In this document: positions 10,680-19,271 of the stretch, in pieces
Layout: the number at the start of each line of letters is the position of its first letter
How positions within the stretch are numbered: position 1 is the stretch's first letter
From: an uncultured bacterium
Lineage (GTDB): Bacteria; Margulisbacteria; WOR-1; CAVSGV01
Direction of reading: 5' to 3'
DNA: 64,000 nt
Assembly: GCA_963727815.1 (NCBI GenBank)
Contig: CAVSGV010000005.1
Location: 101,348 to 165,347 of the forward strand
Program-made: the position numbers and the translations under genes
The notes under the pieces: generated by a model
The model's input: only the letters and a program-made list of their open reading frames with translations
Database searches by the model: none
Told to the model about the DNA's origin: nothing

Positions 10680-11480
10680 ATGGAAAAGATAGAACTAGAA
10701 GCTAAAAAAAGAGAAAAGTCCGGAACGGCGCGTTCAAGGAATTCGCGCCTTGCCGGTTTGATCCCCGCCATCGTTTACGGCCAGGGAATGGAATCCCTTT
10801 CCGTTGAAGTTGACGCAAAGAAGTTCGCCAAGGCCATAAGCTCAAAAGCGGGCCATAACGTCATCATCAACCTGAAGGTATCGAATGACGGCAAATCGGA
10901 GATCATTCCCGTGCTGACCCACGACATCATGAGAGATTACATCCACGATTCCATTCTCCACGTGGATTTCTACAAGATCAATATGACGGCAGAGATAAAA
11001 GTGAAAGTGCCTGTTATCCTGCACGGAGAATCCACCGGCGTGAAAATGGACGGTGGCATACTTGTCCACGGAGTTAGGGAAGTGGAGATAAAATGCCTGC
11101 CTGACATCATACCGGACAAATTCGAAGCTGACGTTTCTCCGCTCAAGATCGGCCAGGGACTTCATGTGTCCGACCTGAAAGTTCCTAAAGGCGTTACGTT
11201 CGTTACCTTACCGACGGAGATAATCGTGAACATATCGGCGCCGAGCAAGGAAGAAGTTGAAGTGGCTCCGATAGTCGCTCCGGAAGTAACGGGCCAGGCT
11301 GTTCCACCTGAAGGCGGCGCGGCGGCTCCAGGCGCTGCGGCTCCCGCAGGCAAGGAAGCGGCATCCGCGAAGGGCGCTGCGGCTCCGGCCGCAAAAGGCG
11401 CTCCGGCTCCAGCTGGAAAAGGCGCAGCTCCTGCGGCAGCACCGGCAAAAGGCGCGGCTCCGGAAGCAAAGAAGAAGTAA
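10680..11480 (+). CDS. rplY: 50S ribosomal protein L25/Ctc with Ala/Pro/Lys-rich tail
   Basis: G.IPAIVYG, ILHVDFYKI, VKVPVILHGE..GVK.DGG, IGQGLHVSDL. Confidence 0.95.
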   Translation: MEKIELEAKKREKSGTARSRNSRLAGLIPAIVYGQGMESLSVEVDAKKFAKAISSKAGHNVIINLKVSNDGKSEIIPVLTHDIMRDYIHDSILHVDFYKINMTAEIKVKVPVILHGESTGVKMDGGILVHGVREVEIKCLPDIIPDKFEADVSPLKIGQGLHVSDLKVPKGVTFVTLPTEIIVNISAPSKEEVEVAPIVAPEVTGQAVPPEGGAAAPGAAAPAGKEAASAKGAAAPAAKGAPAPAGKGAAPAAAPAKGAAPEAKKK

Positions 11481-11532
11481 CAGGACATCGTATATATCCA
11501 ATAGCCATCTGCTTTATCCATAAAGGATCACT

Positions 11533-12231
11533 ATGGAAGAAGAGCAAAAAATATTAGGCTCCGAAGAAAAGCAGGAACTCCTCGCGATCTACAAGATAAC
11601 CGAAGAACGCCGCAGGCATTATGACACTCTCGCGTGGGCGGTAGGCGCGGTCGTCATCCCGCTCTCCATATATATGTTCAGGCTCGCGCTCGTGGAATTA
11701 AGGACTAGGCCTGAATATATCATTCCGGTCGGCATCATGGGGATCATCCTCTTTTTGTTCTGGCACGCGGGCTTTGACAGGCTGGGAAAGCATTCACAGA
11801 CCGCGACAGAGAGCATTTACGAAATAGAGAACCGTTTGAAGCTCACCGTAAAGCCCGGCCACCATCACGGCAGGAAAAAAGATCTGATGAATAAGATCGA
11901 TGAGTTCAGAGGGTTCGGGGATTATTTCTCTCTGTGGTCGCTTAGATGGCTTCTCTTTTCGGTCTACTCCTTCATCTGGATCATCATATGGCTGATAAAA
12001 CTGAAAGGGATGGAATTTGGCATCTGGGCTCTTTTATATCTCCTGATACCGGTTGTCGTGCTTATTTACCTTAATATCACCTCACTCTTGAAAAAGACAT
12101 TATTAAAATTGAATCCGAGATTCATTTCGGTGATCTTTACTGCCATTTGGTTCGCGATCGGGCTTGTTTATTTATTGATCGACGCGCTCCGGTCGATACC
12201 ATCATTATTCGCGCTTTTGATAACGCGGTAG
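11533..12231 (+). CDS. Hypothetical multi-TM membrane protein, N-terminal half RipA/SLATT-like
   Basis: Helix (YKITEERRRHYD), two TMs, W...IYEIENRL, then further TMs; stands alone. Confidence 0.6.
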   Translation: MEEEQKILGSEEKQELLAIYKITEERRRHYDTLAWAVGAVVIPLSIYMFRLALVELRTRPEYIIPVGIMGIILFLFWHAGFDRLGKHSQTATESIYEIENRLKLTVKPGHHHGRKKDLMNKIDEFRGFGDYFSLWSLRWLLFSVYSFIWIIIWLIKLKGMEFGIWALLYLLIPVVVLIYLNITSLLKKTLLKLNPRFISVIFTAIWFAIGLVYLLIDALRSIPSLFALLITR

Positions 12232-12267
12232 TTTTTCCTCTCTTGAAATATTCTTAAGGCATAAAGT

Positions 12268-12600
12268 ATTTTCCACTTTCTTTTGCCAGACCTGCCTGCC
12301 GGCAGGCAGGAAAGAAGTGGAGCAAAGAAAGCTGGCGTAAGGGGGGGATTCCCTTACGTATCCCCCTTTCAGCGCACAAGACTCGTGCCCTCATCAGGCT
12401 TCGGGCCTCGTTTGCGCGCAAGGAAAGAAAAAAACACAATCCGGAATGAGATAACCATGGTTACCAACAGTCATGGCGAGCCAGATCTGAAAGTGACTCC
12501 GGCAAACCAGTCAGCCAATCTGGGCGCCTTGATTTTTCTTTGCCTGCCCGCCTCTGGAGGGTCACTTTCTTTGTATCAAGACAAAGAAAGTGAGAGAAGA
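12268..12600. mobile_element. MITE-like composite element bounded by related hairpins in inverted orientation
   Basis: Left ccactttcttttgcc..aaagaagtggagcaaagaaa; right tttctttgc..tcactttctttgt-atcaag-acaaagaaagtga (perfect 13-bp stem, 12562-12593). Perfect 20-bp palindrome cctgcctgccggcaggcagg at 12291-12310. No transposase. Confidence 0.6.
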
Positions 12601-12738
12601 AAGGTCTTTTTTGATAAAAATTTTGCAATCGGTAAGTGCCGGTGACAGGGGTAGCGAGCGTAATCGAGACGGGGTGAGGTGAGCCATGCAAGTTTTCTCG
12701 TCCTGCTCACGATAAGTAGATTGGGAAGAAAAGCCGCG

Positions 12739-12767
12739 TTGACTTTTGCTCTCCCGAAGTATATTAT
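12739..12767 (+). promoter_or_regulatory. Sigma70-type promoter for fliK-like operon
   Basis: TTGACT-17 nt-TATTAT followed by SD gaggagga and ATG 12785. Confidence 0.75.
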
Positions 12768-12784
12768 TTTTTGAGGAGGATATC

Positions 12785-14035
12785 ATGGCTGATGACATGA
12801 CAACGTCGGGCGGAAGCCTGCATCCGGGAAGGCCTGTAATATGGCCTACCGGAAAACCTACCTCCACGTCACAAACACAACAGACATCGGCGCAAACACA
12901 GACCCAGGCCGCTCAACAGGCCGCGAAGGCGGCTCAATCACCGCAGGAAGTCGCGCAGATAAAAGCTGCGGCCCAGGCCATTGAAAGAGGGCAGCAGTCC
13001 AGACAGTATACGCAGGCCGACATAGCTGAACTTCTGGTCTCGCAGAACATAGCCGACACCGAAACGAACAGGAACATGGCGACGCTGATGCTGCGCTACG
13101 GGGTCGAGATATCCAGTTCCAATTTCTCCATGCTTTCTTCCATGGTTGGCGGCGACACGAGCCAGACAATGCTGGAAGCCGGAGTTCTTCTTCTCATGAA
13201 AGGCGTCGACTTTCCTGCCGCAGCCAAGACTCTGGGCAAGTTCCTGGCGGAGAATCCGCAGCTTGCTTCGCAGATCATTTCCCTGAAAGGCAACGTCACC
13301 GATCTTCTTGCGGCATTGTCCATGGGACAGAACATCATGAGCCCGCAGCTGATATCACAGCTTGCCGGCGTGCTTGCGCAGTTCAACGAGGAAATGGACG
13401 GCCTGCCGAGCAAATATAAATTTTCCGGCAAAGGTTCGGCGGGAAGAGCGGACCTCTCCAGCAATGTCAGGGCGCTAAAGGCGCTGCTGGACGGCATTCC
13501 CGAGAAAAAGAACCTGCCCGACAGCGCGGAAGGACAGATAATCGAATCCACTCTCAACGCGACATCGAACAGGCTGGACCAGGTGGAGCAGAATCTTGTC
13601 GCGCAGGCCATGCTGTCAAAACAATCATCGCGGCCCGACGTGAATTATTCCTACTATCAGATCCCGAACGCCCAGGTCAAGCCGCCCACTACAGTGGACA
13701 TGATAATCAAGAGGAGCGAAAAGGAAGGCGGAAAGAAGATCGACCCGAACGATACCACCATCATCATGTCGTTCGAGACGCTTAACATGGGACGGATAGC
13801 GGTAAAGATGACGGTAAAGGACAAGAACATCGAATTCCTTTTCAACACCAACAACGATGAGATCAAATCTCTTGTGGCATCCAACTCGAAGGACCTTGCG
13901 AAGGCGCTGTCCGATAAAGATTTCAACGCTTCAAAGATGCAGGTCACGGTCAACCCGTCCATGTGCGCGATCAAACCGTTCCTCATCCCGTTCCTCGGCA
14001 TAGAGGACCTGATGAAGATAGACGTGGACGCATGA
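12785..14035 (+). CDS. FliK-like hook/needle length-control protein
   Basis: Gln/Thr-rich N-terminus; C-terminal T3S4-like domain (IIMSFETLNMGRIAVKMTVKDKNIEFLF...LAKAL); coupled to a FlhB-C-like gene. Confidence 0.7.
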   Translation: MADDMTTSGGSLHPGRPVIWPTGKPTSTSQTQQTSAQTQTQAAQQAAKAAQSPQEVAQIKAAAQAIERGQQSRQYTQADIAELLVSQNIADTETNRNMATLMLRYGVEISSSNFSMLSSMVGGDTSQTMLEAGVLLLMKGVDFPAAAKTLGKFLAENPQLASQIISLKGNVTDLLAALSMGQNIMSPQLISQLAGVLAQFNEEMDGLPSKYKFSGKGSAGRADLSSNVRALKALLDGIPEKKNLPDSAEGQIIESTLNATSNRLDQVEQNLVAQAMLSKQSSRPDVNYSYYQIPNAQVKPPTTVDMIIKRSEKEGGKKIDPNDTTIIMSFETLNMGRIAVKMTVKDKNIEFLFNTNNDEIKSLVASNSKDLAKALSDKDFNASKMQVTVNPSMCAIKPFLIPFLGIEDLMKIDVDA

Positions 14036-14358
14036 TGGCAGAAAAAGAAAAACAACCTCAACCACGGAGGACCGCTGTCGCAGTGCGGTACGACGTGGAG
14101 ATGGACAAAGCCCCACTCATTTTGGCTTCCGGACGCGGAGCGATCGCCGACGAAATACTCCGTGTCGCGGAGGAGAACAAGATACCTCTTTACGAGAACA
14201 GAGACCTTGCCACGATGCTGGCAAAACTTGAGATCGACACGGAGATCCCCGCGCAGCTTTACGTTCTTGTCGCCGAAGTCCTCTTCTTTGTTTACAAGCT
14301 GGACAAGATGGCGGAGAAGCGCGAAAAGCTGATGAAAAGAGCTCGAGAAGAACGATAA
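14032..14358 (+). CDS. Stand-alone FlhB C-terminal-like (EscU/YscU/YlqH-type) protein
   Basis: AVAVRYD....AP.ILASGRG.IADEI...AEENKIPLYEN..LA..L.KLEID.EIP..LY..VAEVL. Confidence 0.9.
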   Translation: MMAEKEKQPQPRRTAVAVRYDVEMDKAPLILASGRGAIADEILRVAEENKIPLYENRDLATMLAKLEIDTEIPAQLYVLVAEVLFFVYKLDKMAEKREKLMKRAREER

Positions 14359-14404
14359 CACTTAACCACGATCATGTCTTTACCTTAACGATAGGATGTT
14401 TTCT

Positions 14405-14600
14405 CGCGAATAATTATTCGTATGCTTTAGTGGTTTCGCGAATTACGCGAATATCAAGAACTCGAATCCGCCAATCTGCGCGAATTTACACGAATGAACA
14501 CGAATTGATCTGAGATCGCGAAGATCAGCGTAAATTTGAGAATATTCGAGCGATCAGGGAACTGGTAATTCGAGTTATTCGAGAAGTATCAATTCGAGAG
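14405..14600. repeat. Array of short cgaat repeats facing an array of attcg repeats
   Basis: About six (c/a)(g/a)cgaat units on the left and four attcgag units on the right; palindrome cgaataattattcg at 14407-14420. Confidence 0.75.
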
Positions 14601-14611
14601 GTTAAAACCTC

Positions 14612-14640
14612 TTGATTTTTCCCGTAATTTTGCCTATAAT
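14612..14640 (+). promoter_or_regulatory. Sigma70-type promoter for flgF operon
   Basis: TTGATT-17 nt-TATAAT upstream of SD aggag and ATG 14676. Confidence 0.8.
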
Positions 14641-14675
14641 CCTTATAAAAGGTCTGTCGATTAGGAGCTGATAAA

Positions 14676-15410
14676 ATGGTTGATAAGATCCTCGAAGTCG
14701 GAGGTGCGGGGATTGAAGGAGCGGACGCAAAAGTCAAGGCTCTTATGAACAACGTTGTTAACTCCGAGACGCCTGGATACAGGAAATCAGATGTTGTCAT
14801 TAAAGCCTTTCCTACCTATTTGGAACAAGCACAGGTCAGATCCAGCACATCGGTACCCCAGATCGAAGGCGTACACTACGATCAAACTCCGGGAACTCTT
14901 CTAAGGACGGGAAACAATCTTGACGTTGCCATAGGCGGCGAAGGATTTTTTGCCGTTCAAACGCCGCAGGGCGAAAGATACACAAGGGACGGCCGATTTG
15001 TGCTGGACCAGAACGGCAGGCTCCTTTCTGTGGCGGGCGATTATCCTGTCATGGGACTTGGCGGACCGATAATGGTCCAGCCGGGAGACAAGATAGAATT
15101 CACGAACGAGGGGAAGGTTATGGTCAACGGCCAGGAAATGAACACTCTCAAGGTGGTCAATTTTAATGACACATCATCTCTTCTGCCAGTTACCGGCGCT
15201 CTTTTCAAAGCGGATGACAATGCGCAGATCGCCATCAATGACGCGCCGAGGATCGTGAGCGGATACGTGGAGGCTTCGAATTCCAACGTTATCGAAGAAA
15301 CGATGAACCTTATTTATCTTAACAGGCTGTACCAGACCAACGCAAAGGTAGTAACCAGCAGGGAAACAATGTTCACGCGCGCGCTCGACATGGGCCGGAC
15401 GGCGCAATAA
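14676..15410 (+). CDS. flgF: Flagellar rod protein FlgF
   Basis: NNVVNSETPGYRK, TGNNLDVAIGGEGFFAV, RYTRDGRF, GYVEASNSN; precedes flgG. Confidence 0.88.
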   Translation: MVDKILEVGGAGIEGADAKVKALMNNVVNSETPGYRKSDVVIKAFPTYLEQAQVRSSTSVPQIEGVHYDQTPGTLLRTGNNLDVAIGGEGFFAVQTPQGERYTRDGRFVLDQNGRLLSVAGDYPVMGLGGPIMVQPGDKIEFTNEGKVMVNGQEMNTLKVVNFNDTSSLLPVTGALFKADDNAQIAINDAPRIVSGYVEASNSNVIEETMNLIYLNRLYQTNAKVVTSRETMFTRALDMGRTAQ

Positions 15411-15426
15411 TAAAGGAGGAGTAATC

Positions 15427-16230
15427 ATGTTCGAACCGCTTTATGTAGCAGCTTCAGGACTGAACGTGCTTCAGGACGAGATGGTGGACATCACGAACAA
15501 CCTTGCCAATGCGAAAACGGTGGCTTTCAAGAAAGGCCGCACCGAAAAGGAGAGCCTCTTTACGATCGAGAAAACATTCTCTTCGGAACTGAGGGACCAG
15601 ATGGCCGCTCAGGGCGTAACGCCGCCATTCGGCGCGAATGAATACGGAACAGGCGTGCGCATAGCCGCGACCCCGAAAGATTTCTCTCAGGGGACAATGG
15701 AAATAACCAACAATCCGCTCGACCTCGCGATAGAGGGCGACGGATTTTTCCAGTTCAAGATGCCGGACGAGAGCTTTGCTTACAGCAGAGCTGGCAATCT
15801 GCACATCGACAATGAAGGCGCTCTGGTTGATCCGAACGGCAACAGGCTCGATCCCGCAATAACCATTCCGCAGGGAGCTACAAAGGTATTGATAAAACAG
15901 GACGGCACGGTCTCGGTCACTCTGAATAACAGCAGCGAAATGCAGGACGTGGGACAGATCCCAATTATCAGGTTCAATAATACGGAAGGACTGCGGAGCC
16001 TGGGCCAGAACATGTACAAGGATACTCCGTCTTCGGGCGACCCGATATACGGAACGGCCAACACGGAAGGCTTCGGGTCGATAAACCAGTACTCCCTTGA
16101 AAGCTCGAACGTGGACGTGATCTCGGAAATGATGCGCATGGTAATGGTCCAGCGTATATTCGACACGGTATCAAAAGCGGTGCAGAGCTACGATGGCATG
16201 CTCTCTTCCGTGAACAGCATGAAGCAATAG
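15427..16230 (+). CDS. flgG: Flagellar distal rod protein FlgG
   Basis: NNLANAKTVAFKK, G.GVR, TNNPLDLAIEGDGFFQ, YSRAG, LESSNVDVISEM. Confidence 0.92.
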   Translation: MFEPLYVAASGLNVLQDEMVDITNNLANAKTVAFKKGRTEKESLFTIEKTFSSELRDQMAAQGVTPPFGANEYGTGVRIAATPKDFSQGTMEITNNPLDLAIEGDGFFQFKMPDESFAYSRAGNLHIDNEGALVDPNGNRLDPAITIPQGATKVLIKQDGTVSVTLNNSSEMQDVGQIPIIRFNNTEGLRSLGQNMYKDTPSSGDPIYGTANTEGFGSINQYSLESSNVDVISEMMRMVMVQRIFDTVSKAVQSYDGMLSSVNSMKQ

Positions 16231-16253
16231 AAAGAACAGCGGAAGGATGAACG

Positions 16254-16982
16254 ATGAAGCTTAATAAACTTATAATATCCTTGATGGTGCTGGCGGCGGT
16301 CTTTTCTTCCTCCGCTTATGCCGTTACCGTCAAGAATGACATCTCCAGCAGGATAACGAGCGCGATAATCCGATATCTTGTAAGCAAGGATGCTTCTTAT
16401 GAGGGCAAGAGGATCGAAGTAGAATACAAATACGCGGACAAGACATTCAATTCCCTGAAGGGCAGGAGCGGTACCGTGACCTTCGTGGTCGCGGAGTTGT
16501 ATCCGGATTTCAAACCGATAGGCAACATAATAATCCCCATACAGGTAGTGGTGGACGGCGAACCGAAAGAAAAATTGTTCATCAGGACAAAGGTGTCGGT
16601 ATATGACAATATCGTCATAGCTACAAAGCGCCTGAAGAGAGGCGACATAATAGGCACTACGGAAGCGGCCGTGCAGGTAAGGGACATTGCCACCTTGAAT
16701 TCGCAGGCCATAAAGGACATAAATATCGTTCTCGGGAAAGAAGCAAAGACTTTCATACCGATGGACAATCCGATTTACGAATACATGATCAAGGAAAAAC
16801 CCCTGATAAAGAAGAACGATGCGGTCACCATAAAGGCTTTCAATGATGACATCTCGGTGGAGGCCGACGGCATTGCGCTGGAGGACGGCCTGATGGGAGC
16901 GCAAATAAGAGTGAGGAATTCCCGCTCGGGGAAAGAGGTCATCGCGGTCATAACGGGCACGGGCGAGGTGACGGTAAAATGA
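16254..16982 (+). CDS. flgA: P-ring formation chaperone FlgA
   Basis: Signal peptide, SAF-like domain, G.ALEDG.MG.QIRVRNS.SGK.V.A. Confidence 0.88.
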   Translation: MKLNKLIISLMVLAAVFSSSAYAVTVKNDISSRITSAIIRYLVSKDASYEGKRIEVEYKYADKTFNSLKGRSGTVTFVVAELYPDFKPIGNIIIPIQVVVDGEPKEKLFIRTKVSVYDNIVIATKRLKRGDIIGTTEAAVQVRDIATLNSQAIKDINIVLGKEAKTFIPMDNPIYEYMIKEKPLIKKNDAVTIKAFNDDISVEADGIALEDGLMGAQIRVRNSRSGKEVIAVITGTGEVTVK

Positions 16983-17320
16983 TGAGGACAATGCTGAAGT
17001 CGAAACTTCACCGGCTGACGGTCACCGATACGAACGTGGACTACGCCGGCAGCATAACCATAGACAGGGCGCTTATCAAGGCGGCGGACATCCTGCCTGG
17101 CGAAAAGGTCCAGGTGGTGGACGTCAATAACGGCGCCAGGTTCGAGACATATGTGATAGAAGGCCGCGGAGGGGAAGTTTGCGTGAACGGCGCCGCGGCA
17201 AGACTGGCGAACAAGGGCGACAAGGTCATCGTGATAGCTTATGCGTTAGTCGACGACAAAGAAGCAAAAAAGCTGAAACCGAAGATCGTTCTCGTCAACG
17301 AAAGGAACAAGAAAAGATGA
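16979..17320 (+). CDS. panD: Aspartate 1-decarboxylase
   Basis: [38 protein letters not shown]...GDKVIV. Confidence 0.95.
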   Translation: MMRTMLKSKLHRLTVTDTNVDYAGSITIDRALIKAADILPGEKVQVVDVNNGARFETYVIEGRGGEVCVNGAAARLANKGDKVIVIAYALVDDKEAKKLKPKIVLVNERNKKR

Positions 17321-17950
17321 AGGCAAAATGTAAAATGAAAAGTGCAAATATGTTGTGCGCTACACGCGTCATAATAATGTTCCTCCTTATTTTTTCATTT
17401 TTCATTTTAAATTTTTCATTTGCTTTTGCGGATTCCATCTGGACCAGACTCAAGCACGTCGCCTTATTCGGTAAGCAAGTCTTTCAAAGTGGGGGATGTC
17501 GTTACGGTCCTGATAAATGAATCCACTTCAGCTGTGACGAAAGGCGAGACGGACACGAACGCGAACGATTCACTGGGGCTTGCTTTCAGTTCAAGCCTGG
17601 CTTCTTTTTATCATCCCAGCAAGAACGTTACCGGATCTGGCGGAAGCACTTATAAAGGCTCTGGCTCCACGACCAGGAGCAACAGCGTTACGGCAAAGGT
17701 TGCGTCCGTCGTCATAAAGGTGATGGCCAACGGGAATCTTTACATCGAGGGCGATCACAAAGTGGAAGTTAACGGCGAAACTCAGACGATATCGATATCC
17801 GGCATCATAAGACCGAAGGACGTAAGCCTTCAGAACACGATATTCTCTTATCAGGTGGCTGACGCGCAGGTTTCGGTGAAGGGGAAGGGAGTGGTCGGGG
17901 ACGCGGAAAATCCGGGATGGTTCACCCGCTTCTTCAACTGGATATTCTAA
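17317..17950 (+). CDS. flgH: Flagellar L-ring protein FlgH (frameshift near 17446; SPase I-type signal, no lipobox)
   Basis: AFA-DSIW then [57 protein letters not shown]. Confidence 0.9.
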
Positions 17951-18990
17951 TGGGAAATTTTAAATTTAAAATGAAAAGTGCAAAGTTGATGAGCGCTTCG
18001 CGCGTCATTATAATGTCTTTCCTTATTTTTTCATTTTTCCTTTTTAACTTTGCATTTGCCGCATCGCCGGCAGTAAGGCTTAAGGACATAGCGCACGTTC
18101 TGGAAGCCAGGGACAACCAGCTTATGGGATTCGGGCTCGTGGTGGGACTTAAGAACACGGGCGACACCATCCAGACCGGATTCACCAGGCAGGCGTTGAC
18201 AAATCTTCTCTCCAGAATGGGCATCGCTCCGCAGGACCAGGAATTCAAATCCCGCAACGTCGCGGCCGTAATGGTCACCGCGAAACTGCCTCCTTATGTT
18301 AGGGCAGGACAGAAGATCGATGTTACTGTATCTTCTCTCGGCGACGCGACATCGCTGATGGGAGGAACTCTCCTCATGACGCCGCTTCAGGGACCCGATG
18401 ACAACGTTTACGCTGTTGCGCAGGGGCCGGTCGCGCTGGGTATTTCGACAAGCGACATGGACGTTTCCGTCGTGGTGGAGAAAAGACAGACCGACGTCGG
18501 CCGCATAACAGGCGGCGGCATAGTTGAAAAAGACGTTCCTGTTTCCGTCGGCGACAATTTTATTTCCATAGTGCTGGATAATCCCGATTACACGACCGCA
18601 ACAAGGATCGTGAGCGCGATGAACGATGCCGGGATCTCCGCGAGGGCGAGGGACGCGGCAACCATCGTCGCGTCCATGGATTCTTCGGGAGACCAGGTGG
18701 CTTTCATTGCACGGGTCGAGAACCTCAGCATTGTTCCGGATACTGTGGCGAAGATCGTTATAAACGAACAGACAGGGGTCATCGTGATGGGAGAGAACGT
18801 GAGGATAGCCCCCGTGGCAGTTTCTCTTAGCGGCACAAATGTCACCGTCTCCACAATTGCGGGGGGCGCGACAATGTCTGATCTGGTCTCTTCGCTTAAC
18901 GCGATAGGCGTAAAGCCAGCCGACCTTGTGGCGATAATCCAGGCAATAAAATCTTCGGGCGCAATATCGGCAGACATAGAGGTGATGTGA
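17950..18990 (+). CDS. flgI: Flagellar P-ring protein FlgI
   Basis: RLKDIA...RDNQL.GFGLVVGL..TGD, NVAAVMVTA.LP, VSSLGDATSL.GG.LLMTPL.GPD..VYA.AQG. Confidence 0.93.
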   Translation: MGNFKFKMKSAKLMSASRVIIMSFLIFSFFLFNFAFAASPAVRLKDIAHVLEARDNQLMGFGLVVGLKNTGDTIQTGFTRQALTNLLSRMGIAPQDQEFKSRNVAAVMVTAKLPPYVRAGQKIDVTVSSLGDATSLMGGTLLMTPLQGPDDNVYAVAQGPVALGISTSDMDVSVVVEKRQTDVGRITGGGIVEKDVPVSVGDNFISIVLDNPDYTTATRIVSAMNDAGISARARDAATIVASMDSSGDQVAFIARVENLSIVPDTVAKIVINEQTGVIVMGENVRIAPVAVSLSGTNVTVSTIAGGATMSDLVSSLNAIGVKPADLVAIIQAIKSSGAISADIEVM

Positions 18991-19271
18991 TGGAACAGAT
19001 AACAGGAATAGATCCGCTTTACGCTATCGGCTCCAACATAAGCGTCAACAATAATGTGCGCACAAAGGCTGACGCGCAAAAGGAATTCGCGTCGGTTTTC
19101 GTGGCCCAGATATTGAAAGAGGTCTACAAGGGGCAGAGCGAGATGTTCGGCGAGGAAGGAAGCCTGGGGCTTTTTTCCGACAACCTTTATAACGATATCA
19201 TGATGTCCAAGATATCCAGCGAGATAGCTGGCGACAAATCGTTCGGATTTGAGAAATTGTTGATGCAATGA
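18987..19271 (+). CDS. Small FlgJ N-terminal (rod-binding)-like protein
   Basis: KEFASVFVAQILKEV..LFSDNLYND..SKISSE, GFEKLL; directly after flgI; no muramidase domain. Confidence 0.7.
   Translation: MMEQITGIDPLYAIGSNISVNNNVRTKADAQKEFASVFVAQILKEVYKGQSEMFGEEGSLGLFSDNLYNDIMMSKISSEIAGDKSFGFEKLLMQ

Noticed and set aside
12640-12700. Further decayed REP-like sequence (minus strand ctcaccccgtctcgattacgctcgctaccc)
   Set aside because: It resembles common palindromic repeats only loosely, with no clear stem or second copy in the window.
12283-12867. Small ORFs across the repeat-rich intergenic region
   Set aside because: They translate the palindromes (LPAGRQ/PACRQAG) and show no other coding signal.
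12785-14358. FliK-like plus stand-alone FlhB-C pair as a novel module
   Set aside because: This pairing is known from Firmicute-type flagellar systems; it is kept only as supporting context.
14405-14600. CRISPR array
   Set aside because: Units are under 10 nt, degenerate and lack unique spacers; no cas genes are in the window.
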